A stretch of DNA of 64,000 nt from positions 1 to 64,000 of the IMG/VR virus record IMGVR_UViG_3300011258_001374; one strand, 5' to 3'. The notes beneath the pieces were generated by a model that did not search any database, was not told where the DNA came from, and saw only the letters and a list, made by a program, of their open reading frames with translations. Position 1 is the stretch's first letter; every line of letters starts with the position of its first letter. Made by a program: the position numbers and the translations under genes. This document shows positions 1-8,238 of the stretch, piece after piece. Source of the stretch: a virus.

Positions 1-17
1 AGAATGCTTCCGCCCGT

Positions 18-1925
18 GTGGGCATCGACGTTGAGACCAAGGACCCAGATATCCGTGCGATGGGCTGCGGCGCGCGACGCGAAGACACTAAGCTCGTCGG
101 GTACAGCTTTCAGATCGAGGGCGGCCCAGGATTCTACGTCCCGATGCGACACCAGGGCGGCGACAACGTCGAGTGCGAGCAGAAGGCGCTCGCCTATCTG
201 CAGGCTCAGGCTCGGTCGTTCACAGGCCAAATCGTCGGCTGCAACCTCGGCTACGACTGCGACTGGCTCGCGACGGAAGAGGTCGACTTCATCGAATCCG
301 GCTGTACGTGGCGCGACATCGGGGTCGCTGAGCCGCTCCTCGACGAGCTGCAATTCAATTACGGGCTCGAGGCCATCTCCCAGCGCTACGGGCGTGAGGG
401 CAAGGACGAGAGCCTGCTCAAGCAGGCCGCGGAGCACTACGGCGTTCACCCCAAGGCCGGGCTCTGGAAGCTCCCCGCCCGATTCGTGGGCCCGTACGGC
501 GTTGTCGATTCCAGTGAGCCTCTGGCCATTCTACGCCTCCAGGAGGCACGAATCGAAGAAGCGGGTCTCTGGGACATCTTCAACCTCGAATGCCAAGTCC
601 AGCCCATTCTGACGCTGATGCGCCGCCGTGGCGTGCGTATCGACGAGGACCGCCTGGCACAGGTTGAGGCGTGGGCCCGTGGGGAAGAAAACGCAGCTCT
701 GGAGGAAATTCACCGGCTGACCGGTGTTCGGATCGGAGTCGGCAAGGGCAAGGGAATCATGTCCCCGAAGGTGGTCGCCCCGGCGCTGGAGTCGATCGGC
801 GTGACCCTCAAAAAGACGTCGAAAGGCCAACCGAACATCGACAAGGACGTCCTGCAGGCCATCGATCACCCGGTAGCGGAGCGAATTCTCTGGGCTCGCA
901 AGACCAACAAGCTTCGAACGACGTTCGCCAAGTCGATCCGCGACCGCCTCGTGAACGGACGGATTCACGCGACGTTCAACCAGCTGAGACGCAACGAGTC
1001 GGACGACGAAGCGTCGATGGATGACGGTTCGGGAGCGCGCTACGGCCGCCTGTCCAGCGAACAACCGAACCTCCAGCAGCAGCCGGCTCGCGACGAGTTC
1101 GCGAAGATGTGGCGCGCGATCTATCTGCCCGAGGAGGGCATGACGTGGGGCTCGCTGGACTATTCGCAGCAGGAACCGCGGATGCTCATGCACTACGCGG
1201 AGAACGCGAAGCTCAGTCGAAACGCCCACGCCGCAGCGCACGGTGCCGCCGAGCAGTATCGCAACGATCGCACCACCGACAATCACGACATGGTCGCGAA
1301 GATGGCTGGCATCCAGCGTAAGGCCGCGAAAGAAATCTTCCTCGGAAAGATCTACGGCCTGGGCGGAGCGAAGCTGTGTCGGAAGTTGGGCCTCTCCACC
1401 GCGTGGGTCGTCTACGGCAAACGCTGGGCGGACACTCAGTACTTCGACATCTCTGATCGCATGAGCGCCCAGGCGTACGCAACCGAGTGCGGTGGTCGCC
1501 TGATGGAAGGCGCGGGCAAGGAAGGGCGTGAGCTACTGGCGACGTTCGACGAGAAGCTCCCCTTCATCAAGGAACTGGCGAAGCTCGCGAAGGAGACGGC
1601 CGACAAGCGCGGCTACGTCGTGACCATCCTGGGTCGACACTGCCACTTCCCAGTTGGGGTCAGCGGCAAATACGACTGGACGCAGAAGGCGCTCAACCGC
1701 GTCATCCAGGGATCGGCAGCCGATCAAACCAAGAAGGCGCTTGTTGACGTGCATAACGCGGGGCACTATCTGCAGCTCCAGGTACACGATGAACTAACAG
1801 GTAGCTTTCACGGTGAGGGCGATGCAGGTCATGCTGCTGAGATCATGGAACACTGCATCCCGCAGCTCACGGTGCCTTCGAAGGTGGACGTCGAGCTTGG
1901 GCCCAGCTGGGGAGAATCGATGTGA
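18..1925 (+). CDS. polA: DNA polymerase I family A, 3'-5' exo plus polymerase domains; 5'-partial, frame open to window start
   Basis: Pol A motif B RKAAKEIFLGKIYGLG and motif C LQVHDELT; N-terminal exo DxE motif (GIDVET); stop overlaps next ATG (ATGTGA). Confidence 0.9.
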   Translation: MGIDVETKDPDIRAMGCGARREDTKLVGYSFQIEGGPGFYVPMRHQGGDNVECEQKALAYLQAQARSFTGQIVGCNLGYDCDWLATEEVDFIESGCTWRDIGVAEPLLDELQFNYGLEAISQRYGREGKDESLLKQAAEHYGVHPKAGLWKLPARFVGPYGVVDSSEPLAILRLQEARIEEAGLWDIFNLECQVQPILTLMRRRGVRIDEDRLAQVEAWARGEENAALEEIHRLTGVRIGVGKGKGIMSPKVVAPALESIGVTLKKTSKGQPNIDKDVLQAIDHPVAERILWARKTNKLRTTFAKSIRDRLVNGRIHATFNQLRRNESDDEASMDDGSGARYGRLSSEQPNLQQQPARDEFAKMWRAIYLPEEGMTWGSLDYSQQEPRMLMHYAENAKLSRNAHAAAHGAAEQYRNDRTTDNHDMVAKMAGIQRKAAKEIFLGKIYGLGGAKLCRKLGLSTAWVVYGKRWADTQYFDISDRMSAQAYATECGGRLMEGAGKEGRELLATFDEKLPFIKELAKLAKETADKRGYVVTILGRHCHFPVGVSGKYDWTQKALNRVIQGSAADQTKKALVDVHNAGHYLQLQVHDELTGSFHGEGDAGHAAEIMEHCIPQLTVPSKVDVELGPSWGESM

Positions 1926-2158
1926 TAGACGAACCTGTTTGTTGGTGTGGAAAGCCTATGAGGGGTCATGGTCGAGACGACCATCGGGCAGAGCGTATGG
2001 AAGAGCGAACGGTCTTTCAGTGCGCCGCAAGGGGTTGCGACGGATGCACGGTCTGTCAGCCAGAGGTTGACGAGGGCGTGTGCCACTGCGGTACTGACAT
2101 GAAAAACCACCCGTTCGACAACCACCAGCCAGTCCGAATGGAACCTAACGATGGGTGA
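1922..2158 (+). CDS. small Cys/His-rich zinc-finger protein
   Basis: 78 aa with CWCG, CxxC, CHCG clusters; start overlaps polA stop, stop overlaps next start (translational coupling). Confidence 0.4.
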   Translation: MIDEPVCWCGKPMRGHGRDDHRAERMEERTVFQCAARGCDGCTVCQPEVDEGVCHCGTDMKNHPFDNHQPVRMEPNDG

Positions 2159-2567
2159 GTACAACTATCGAAGCACGGTGATGAAGGCCCTGAAGCGGTT
2201 GCGGTCCGATCCCCAGGCGGTTGAGAACTCAGCGAACCCCGGGTGCCCGGACGTCGAATGCCTGCGCGGCTGGATCGAGCTGAAGTACGCGTCTGCTTGG
2301 CCCAAGCAGACGGACACTGTCGTTCGGATCGATCACTATACACAGCAGCAGCGGAATTTCCTTCGGAGACGTTGGAACGCGGGAGGAGGTGCGTGGCTTT
2401 TACTACGGGTTGGATCACGAGGCAAGGTTGAAAACCTGCTCTTTGACGGTTTAACGGCGAATGAGTTTGTCGGTCGCGTTCCGCGCGCTACGCTCGTGGA
2501 CCTCGCAATAATGCATTCATATGGAAAGATCGCCAGCGCCGATCTAGACGAGATGCTCAGACGATGA
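2151..2567 (+). CDS. VRR-NUC domain nuclease (PD-(D/E)XK)
   Basis: GCPDVECLRGWIELK matches the VRR-NUC G.PD...E.K signature; 138 aa; coupled to flanking genes. Confidence 0.7.
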   Translation: MGEYNYRSTVMKALKRLRSDPQAVENSANPGCPDVECLRGWIELKYASAWPKQTDTVVRIDHYTQQQRNFLRRRWNAGGGAWLLLRVGSRGKVENLLFDGLTANEFVGRVPRATLVDLAIMHSYGKIASADLDEMLRR

Positions 2568-4915
2568 CCGATACCCCAGCAGCAATTGAATTCTTGAAGC
2601 AGTGGGAGCCTGAAGGTCCCTGGGTTCTGACTTCAATCGCTATCGACCGAAAGGCGATCACAACGGCCACCTTCGACCTAACAACGCTAGATGAGTGCGT
2701 TGAGTGGATCGATCTATACAACGGTGTTCGCAACATCTACTTCCATGTCAACCCGACCGTCGGCCCGATGGACAAGAAGGCCCAGCGGGAGGACATGGCA
2801 GAGATGAAGTGGTTACACGTCGACGTTGATCCGCGTGACGGCGCCGACCTCCAGGACGAGCGTGACCGCGCACTGGCGCAGCTGATGAATCCCCCAGGCA
2901 ACGTCCCGAAGCCCACGGTGATCGTGTTCTCCGGCGGCGGCTACCAGGGATTCTGGCGACTCCAGGATCCGTTCCAGATCGACGGTGACATCGGACTCGC
3001 GGAAACGGCCAAGCGGTGGAACTTGCAGCTTGAGCTGCTGTTCGGCGCGGACAATTGCCACAACGTTGACCGACTGATGCGGCTCGCTGGGACAACCAAC
3101 ATCCCCGACGCCAAAAAGAAAAAGAAGGGCCGAAGCGAAGAACTGGCCAAGGTAATTCTGTTCGATCACTCTCGCATCTACCCCATCTCTCAGTTCACTC
3201 CGGCCGCACCGACACAAGGCGGCGAGATGTTTGGCAGCTCCACACAAGAGGTGGAGATCAGCGGAAACATTCCTCGCGTCGCCACGATGGAAGAGCTGGA
3301 TGAGTGGGACGTGCCCGACCGCGTCAAAGTCATCATCGTGCAAGGCCGTCATCCAGACGAGGGACCCAAGGACGACGACTCGCGATCGAGCTGGCTGTTC
3401 GACTGCGTTTGTAATCTGGTTCGCTGCAACGTGCCTGACGAGGTTGTCTTCTCCCTGATCACGGATCCAGACTTCGGCATCAGTGAGTCGGTGCTCGACA
3501 AGGGTGCCAACGTTGAGAGCTACGCGAAGCGACAGATTGGGAAGGCAAAAGAATTCGCCATCGATCCGAAGCTCGCCGAGATGAACGATCGCTATGCGGT
3601 CATCGAAAACTTCGGGGGCAAGTGCCGCGTTGTTGAGGAGCAGCTCGATCCAATCCTGAAACGCTCACGCCTCACCTCCCTGAGCTTTGGCGATTTCAAG
3701 AATGCCCACATGCACAAGAGCGTTCCGGTCGGTGAGGACAAGGACGGAAACCCGAAGTTCATGCCCCTGGGCGACTGGTGGACGAAACATCGGGAGCGCC
3801 GACAGTTCAAGCGAGTCGTCTTCGTTCCGAACCAGGAGGTTCCCGACGCATACAACCTCTGGCGCGGATTCGCCTGCGAAGCTCGCCCGGGCAAGTGGGA
3901 CAAGCTCGAAGCTCACATCCGGGACAACATTTGTCGGGGTAACGATGGCTTGTTCAAGTACCTGATGGGCTGGATGGCTCGAATGATTCAGTTCCCAGGT
4001 GAGCCTGGACAGACAGCGATCGTTATGCGTGGCGAGCAGGGAACGGGAAAGTCGTTTCTCGCGAAGCAGCTGGGTGCCCTGCTGGGCCGACACTATATGC
4101 AGGTAGGTAACTCCAGCCAGCTGGTCGGCAACTTCAACGCCCATCTGCGCGACTGCGTCTTCTTGTTCGCGGACGAAGCTTTCTACGCTGGGGACAAGAA
4201 GCACGAAGGTGTGCTCAAGATGATCGTGACTGAAGACACGATGTCGATCGAGGCCAAGGGAGTTGATGTCGAGGCTGCGACTAACTGTCTGCATCTCATG
4301 ATGGCATCGAATCATGAATGGGTAGTGCCTGCGCACAGCCGAAGTGAACGCCGATTTCTAGTTCTCGATGTGAGCGAGAGCCACATGCAGGACACGACCT
4401 ACTTCGGAGCGATCCAAGATCAGATGAATAACGGTGGCCGAGAGGGATTTCTCTATTCCCTCCTGGACTACGATCTGTCAGATTTCGACGTCCGCACAGT
4501 GCCCAGGACGAAGGCGCTGGAAGAGCAGCAGTTCCAGGGCTACGACGTTCAGGAAGAGTGGTGGTACACGAAGCTATGCGACGCGGTCATGCTCAACGAA
4601 GACCCGAGCAACGTGCCGTGGCCTAACGTAGTCCGAACCGATGAACTGTACAATGACTACCTCGAATACACCAAGCGAAACAGCTTTCGAAATCCCAAGA
4701 ATAAGGTTCATTTCGGTCGCTTCATCACCAAGATCGCCAACCCCAAGAAAGGGCAGTCCTCTATCTCCACCGGTCGCCGCAAGGTCTATCAGTTTCCCGA
4801 CGTCGAAGAGTGTCGCCGCCGCTGGATCGAGATCTACAAGCAAGGTGAGTGGGTTGGTGAAGAGCCGGAAGAAACGATCGAGACGCCCGTCCTGGACCAA
4901 GAAGAGATCTTCTGA
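2564..4915 (+). CDS. bifunctional primase-polymerase (AEP) / SF3 helicase, D5/P4 primase-helicase type
   Basis: AEP motifs WLHVDVDP and SGGGYQGFW; C-terminal Walker A GEQGTGKSF and Walker B VFLFADEA; 783 aa. Confidence 0.85.
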   Translation: MTDTPAAIEFLKQWEPEGPWVLTSIAIDRKAITTATFDLTTLDECVEWIDLYNGVRNIYFHVNPTVGPMDKKAQREDMAEMKWLHVDVDPRDGADLQDERDRALAQLMNPPGNVPKPTVIVFSGGGYQGFWRLQDPFQIDGDIGLAETAKRWNLQLELLFGADNCHNVDRLMRLAGTTNIPDAKKKKKGRSEELAKVILFDHSRIYPISQFTPAAPTQGGEMFGSSTQEVEISGNIPRVATMEELDEWDVPDRVKVIIVQGRHPDEGPKDDDSRSSWLFDCVCNLVRCNVPDEVVFSLITDPDFGISESVLDKGANVESYAKRQIGKAKEFAIDPKLAEMNDRYAVIENFGGKCRVVEEQLDPILKRSRLTSLSFGDFKNAHMHKSVPVGEDKDGNPKFMPLGDWWTKHRERRQFKRVVFVPNQEVPDAYNLWRGFACEARPGKWDKLEAHIRDNICRGNDGLFKYLMGWMARMIQFPGEPGQTAIVMRGEQGTGKSFLAKQLGALLGRHYMQVGNSSQLVGNFNAHLRDCVFLFADEAFYAGDKKHEGVLKMIVTEDTMSIEAKGVDVEAATNCLHLMMASNHEWVVPAHSRSERRFLVLDVSESHMQDTTYFGAIQDQMNNGGREGFLYSLLDYDLSDFDVRTVPRTKALEEQQFQGYDVQEEWWYTKLCDAVMLNEDPSNVPWPNVVRTDELYNDYLEYTKRNSFRNPKNKVHFGRFITKIANPKKGQSSISTGRRKVYQFPDVEECRRRWIEIYKQGEWVGEEPEETIETPVLDQEEIF

Positions 4916-5148
4916 TGCGTGCCGCGCTGACATTTTTGTTGGCAATTTCTACGCTAAGCTGTGTAGCCCCGCACAAGCCGTGCGTCACGGAGCTGCAGCT
5001 GGGCGTTTATGGCTCTGAGTCAGAAGGAACCAGCAGGGGAAGTGCAAATAGGCAGGGCCAGCGAGATACGTGGGATAACGATGACACCACGGTCGGCGGT
5101 TCAGCTACACTCATCATAGACTTAACAGGATCTTGCGAAGGAGAATAG
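4915..5148 (+). CDS. small secreted protein (N-terminal signal peptide)
   Basis: MRAALTFLLAISTLSCVAP signal-like N-terminus; ATG overlaps primase stop (TGATG); 3' end carries the AAGGAG RBS of the next gene. Confidence 0.4.
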   Translation: MRAALTFLLAISTLSCVAPHKPCVTELQLGVYGSESEGTSRGSANRQGQRDTWDNDDTTVGGSATLIIDLTGSCEGE

Positions 5149-5150
5149 AT

Positions 5151-5675
5151 ATGCCGCACTCAGAAGCTCACCCGGAGCCATGGCCCGACACGCCCTGGGT
5201 TATTCGAAAGAGGAACGTACGCCTCAAGCACGAAGCGCCGGAGACGATCGATTTCTATCGGTGTCAGTACCCCAACGGACTTGAGGTCACTGCTATGCGG
5301 CAAGGTGCTCTGTACGGACTCAAGCGAGGGCAGGGCGCGACGTTCAGTCTGGAAACCGACGCAGAAGGGATCCACCACGGTGTGCTCCACATGCACCTCG
5401 TGCCTGGGCAGCCCGCTGACGGAGAGGTCAGCTGCCAAGCGGGAAAGTACGAGAACAATCGCGAGTTGGCGTACAACCGTGACGCCTATCGCATGTGGAA
5501 GTTCCAGAACCCAGGGCAAGAGCCCGAGCTGAACGTTCTGTGGAGCGAATGGAGCAACTCACAGCCGCTCGGTGTCGTCGAACCTGACCCCGTGCCGGAA
5601 CCCGGCCTCCTTCTGATGCTTGCAATCGGAATTCTGGGCCTAACGGTGGCAGGATGGCGTCGAAAGACTCCGTAA
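5151..5675 (+). CDS. PEP-CTERM-tailed protein without an N-terminal signal peptide
   Basis: C-terminus PVPEPGLLLMLAIGILGLTVAGWRRKTP (PEP motif, hydrophobic span, basic tail); AAGGAG RBS 8 nt upstream of ATG 5151 (track started it at TTG 5133). Confidence 0.5.
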   Translation: MPHSEAHPEPWPDTPWVIRKRNVRLKHEAPETIDFYRCQYPNGLEVTAMRQGALYGLKRGQGATFSLETDAEGIHHGVLHMHLVPGQPADGEVSCQAGKYENNRELAYNRDAYRMWKFQNPGQEPELNVLWSEWSNSQPLGVVEPDPVPEPGLLLMLAIGILGLTVAGWRRKTP

Positions 5676-5774
5676 AGGCGATCAAGCGAAAGGCTCGAGA
5701 GATCTTCAGGGATATGCCCAAGGGAGGTTTTCACAGCAAGAGAGGCTACCGTCGCGACGGTCGAGCCGTGGACA

Positions 5775-6071
5775 GTGAAATCGATGAAGGACTACACGAG
5801 CGTGAGCGAGAGAACCTGGAGCGAGGAGAGCCAGATCTCATTGAAAAAAGGCGAAGCCGCGATCGTGACGAGACCTGACGGTTCGATCACTCTTCACATT
5901 CCAGGCAGCATGGACGAGGTCTCCCTGGGCCACACGCACGCCATGCTGATGTCGCTTGCTCTGTCGGGCACTCCACTGGCGGAACCGATCTACCGAGCCC
6001 TGTGCAAGGCGCATGGCCTGTCGTTGGATCTGGCAGGCGCTGGTGAGAACGAAGGCGACCTACCTAACTAG
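5775..6071 (+). CDS. hypothetical protein
   Basis: 98 aa ORF with high GC3; weak RBS; overlaps an alternative 74 aa ORF at 5654-5878. Confidence 0.3.
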   Translation: MKSMKDYTSVSERTWSEESQISLKKGEAAIVTRPDGSITLHIPGSMDEVSLGHTHAMLMSLALSGTPLAEPIYRALCKAHGLSLDLAGAGENEGDLPN

Positions 6072-6079
6072 CAGTGGGG

Positions 6080-6155
6080 TGGTGGACAAGCCGGGATTCG
6101 AACCCGGAAGACAAGCCGTGCAAAGGCCGCCGTTCCCAGTTACTTACACTCGCCC
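6080..6155 (-). tRNA. tRNA-Ala(TGC)-like gene with non-canonical D-arm, encoded CCA
   Basis: Reverse complement gives acceptor GGGCGAG/CTTGTCC with a G3:U70 wobble, anticodon loop TTTGCAC (TGC), canonical T-arm CCGGG-TTCGAAT-CCCGG and CCA end; D-stem pairs poorly. Confidence 0.55.
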
Positions 6156-6156
6156 G

Positions 6157-6232
6157 TGGTAGGCCCCCTCGGAATCGAACCGAGAACCCCAGGATTAAGA
6201 ATCCCGTGCTCTACCGATTGAGCTAAGGGCCT
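6157..6232 (-). tRNA. tRNA-Lys(CTT), canonical 76 nt with encoded CCA
   Basis: Reverse complement AGGCCCTTAGCTCAATCGGTAGAGCACGGGATTCTTAATCCTGGGGTTCTCGGTTCGATTCCGAGGGGGCCTACCA folds as a standard cloverleaf, anticodon CTT. Confidence 0.8.
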
Positions 6233-6322
6233 AAACGTCCGGCGACCACCCCGCCGTCCAACCTCCGCCTCAGCGGATCGCTCGCTTACGCTAAAGCTGC
6301 AACGTGATGGTCGCCTTTTTCG

Positions 6323-6472
6323 TTACCGCTTCCCGCTCTTGCGAGAGGGAAAGTGACCGAATGCAAAACTCGGTCCGGTGTAGAACCACGCTTCGAAACC
6401 GACCGGCTTCTTCACGTAGCCCTTGAGGGCCGACGCGTTGTAGCGCCACTTGCCCTTGTTGGGTTCAGACAT
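6323..6472 (-). CDS. small hypothetical protein, 49 aa
   Basis: AAGGAG RBS 7 nt upstream of ATG (MSEPNKGKWRYNASALKGYVKKPVGFEAWFYTGPSFAFGHFPSRKSGKR); below the ORF-track size cutoff. Confidence 0.35.
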   Translation of the reverse strand: MSEPNKGKWRYNASALKGYVKKPVGFEAWFYTGPSFAFGHFPSRKSGKR

Positions 6473-6620
6473 AACAACTCCTTGGCGCCATCAGGCGCTC
6501 TATTGGATTGTCATGACGTCTCCTTCACCTTTGAGAATGCTCCTCTCGATCAGCCGGCGGTATTGTACGGAGCGTTCACCCCGCCGATCTGCAGTGCGCG
6601 TTGCAACTGAGCCCGATAGG

Positions 6621-6947
6621 CTAGCTTGGTTGTGGCGCCATCGCCAGCCCGTAATTCTGACCCCGTTTGACGACTCGCCAGCGTGTGTTGCTGGGCCGAC
6701 CATTCGTGATCGTGTCGAAAATCATCAGCTCGGACAGCTCGCCCAGGAACATGGGCCAGTCACGTCCGTCTCGGCTCGTCCAGATGAAGACGGCAGAGCT
6801 TCTGCCACGCGAAAACGTTTTGAGATCAAGAGTGAGCTGCAGGGGCTCGTCCGCGTCCCACCACTCGATGTCATCCAGCCACGGTTTGTTCTCGGGAAAG
6901 GACTGAAGCTCGTTGTTTCGGAAGGGCGCCTTTCGGTCCCAAGCCAC
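6621..6947 (-). CDS. hypothetical Trp-rich protein, possible GTG start coupled to the ligase stop
   Basis: Protein-like frame (WDRKAPFRNNELQSFPENKPWLDDIEWWDADEP...) begins at GTG overlapping the ligase TAG (TAGTG); an alternative ATG at 6752 gives only 43 aa. Confidence 0.3.
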   Translation of the reverse strand: MAWDRKAPFRNNELQSFPENKPWLDDIEWWDADEPLQLTLDLKTFSRGRSSAVFIWTSRDGRDWPMFLGELSELMIFDTITNGRPSNTRWRVVKRGQNYGLAMAPQPS

Positions 6948-7954
6948 TAGAACAGATCCGCCGCAAACTTCTTGGTCTGCACGATCGAGAACTGTCGGAG
7001 CTTCTTGAAGTCGATCGTCGGGTCCTTGAACTTCTTCACAAAGCTCGCGGCCTCCTCGTCGACCAGCTCGTGGAAGACCGTCGAGAGCAGCCGGGGGATC
7101 AATCGGCCGCGGACTGATTCCAGCCACATGAGCGCCTCAGGTGTCTGATCGTAGAGGAGCCCCTCGCCGAGAGACCAACGTTCGTCATTCTCCTCGATCA
7201 ACATCGCGAACGTGACCTTCGCGCGCGTCTTCTCGACGAGCGCCTGCGTCACGAACTCCTCGGCGATTTCCTTCTCCACCTGCCGGGAGCCCTCCCGCTC
7301 TGGGCTTCCCATCTCGCGTCGGTTCTCTTCCTTGAAGTCGTTCCGAACGCTCTTCCCCCAGACCGTCTTGCCGACGTGGTTGACGAAGTCGTAGTTCTTG
7401 ACGACCACCCCTTCCCCGACGCCACTGTTCTCGGCGATAAGGTAGGTGTTAGTCGTGTCCCGGACGTGGATGATGTCTTCCTCGGTCGGGTTGTTGATGA
7501 TCTGCAGCGGCTCAAGAACCTTCGCTCCAGCCTCACGTAGGCGATCAGCCCAGGTGTCGTAGTGCAGATACCGACCGGTGTCGGGGCAGCGCACGTCGAA
7601 AATGTAGAACTCGCGCCACGCCTCAGGTCGATAGGTCTTCAGCGAATGGGGCACCAGCCACTCGCCGTAGAAGATCGGGAACTTGACTCCGTCGTACGTC
7701 TCCTGGATGTAGTCCAGTTCCGATGCCGACCATCGCATCTCCATGGCAGAGCGAAAGCCGTGGTTGTCCGCCGCGTCGAGCTGCGACAGATCACGACGTC
7801 GACTTCCACAGCAGACGCCTCCGTTCTCGCGATCGCTCCAGATCGATGCGTTCGCGCCATCGAGCTTCGGGAAGACATAGCACTTGCCCAGGAGTAGGCC
7901 GTTCACATTCGGGTGACCGAGTCGTTCGACGTGGGTGTATTTGACGAAACCCAT
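6947..7954 (-). CDS. ATP-dependent RNA ligase, Rnl2 family
   Basis: Nucleotidyltransferase motif I FPKLDGANASIW (KxDGxN as in T4 Rnl2), motif III FYIFDV, motif IV EGVVVK, motif V VGKTVWGKSV; 335 aa, the size of T4 Rnl2. Confidence 0.8.
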   Translation of the reverse strand: MGFVKYTHVERLGHPNVNGLLLGKCYVFPKLDGANASIWSDRENGGVCCGSRRRDLSQLDAADNHGFRSAMEMRWSASELDYIQETYDGVKFPIFYGEWLVPHSLKTYRPEAWREFYIFDVRCPDTGRYLHYDTWADRLREAGAKVLEPLQIINNPTEEDIIHVRDTTNTYLIAENSGVGEGVVVKNYDFVNHVGKTVWGKSVRNDFKEENRREMGSPEREGSRQVEKEIAEEFVTQALVEKTRAKVTFAMLIEENDERWSLGEGLLYDQTPEALMWLESVRGRLIPRLLSTVFHELVDEEAASFVKKFKDPTIDFKKLRQFSIVQTKKFAADLF

Positions 7955-8238
7955 TACTCAGCTCTCCTCTTTTCGATGGCCGACCCGATCGTCGAGAACA
8001 CTCGCGTAAGCAGACCCCAAGCTAGTCCGAAGATAACGGCTCCCAAGATGCAGCCTACGAACGCCGCCGGTAGCCCCCAAAGCGGTAACGTGATGATCCA
8101 CCACGACCACTCGCCAACCTCTCCGAGGTGGAAAATCTTTCCAGTGAAAAGCACAAGGAACATCATACCCAGGAGGCCGACGCCCCTGGTTTTCGTGTTA
8201 TCGGACTCACTCATTTCGAAAAACCTCCGCTGCTTCAT
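7954..8238 (-). CDS. small membrane protein (2 TM)
   Basis: 94 aa with two hydrophobic spans (LLGMMFLVLFTG, WWIITLPLWGLPAAFVGCILGAVIFGLAWGLL). Confidence 0.4.
   Translation of the reverse strand: MKQRRFFEMSESDNTKTRGVGLLGMMFLVLFTGKIFHLGEVGEWSWWIITLPLWGLPAAFVGCILGAVIFGLAWGLLTRVFSTIGSAIEKRRAE

Noticed and set aside
4-612. 202 aa ORF in an alternative frame overlapping polA
   Set aside because: Lies entirely within the polA coding frame, Ser/Arg/Thr-rich low complexity typical of shadow ORFs in high-GC DNA.
531-1286. 251 aa antisense ORF within polA
   Set aside because: Antisense shadow of a confidently identified gene; no RBS and no motifs.
5133-5150. TTG start for the PEP-CTERM protein as given in the ORF track
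   Set aside because: ATG at 5151 has a perfect AAGGAG RBS 8 nt upstream; the TTG extension would begin inside that RBS.
6060-6250. tRNA genes as a phage attachment site (attP) with an integrase
   Set aside because: No tyrosine or serine recombinase is present anywhere in the window; the tRNA-Lys gene is full-length, so these are phage-borne tRNAs rather than an integration scar.
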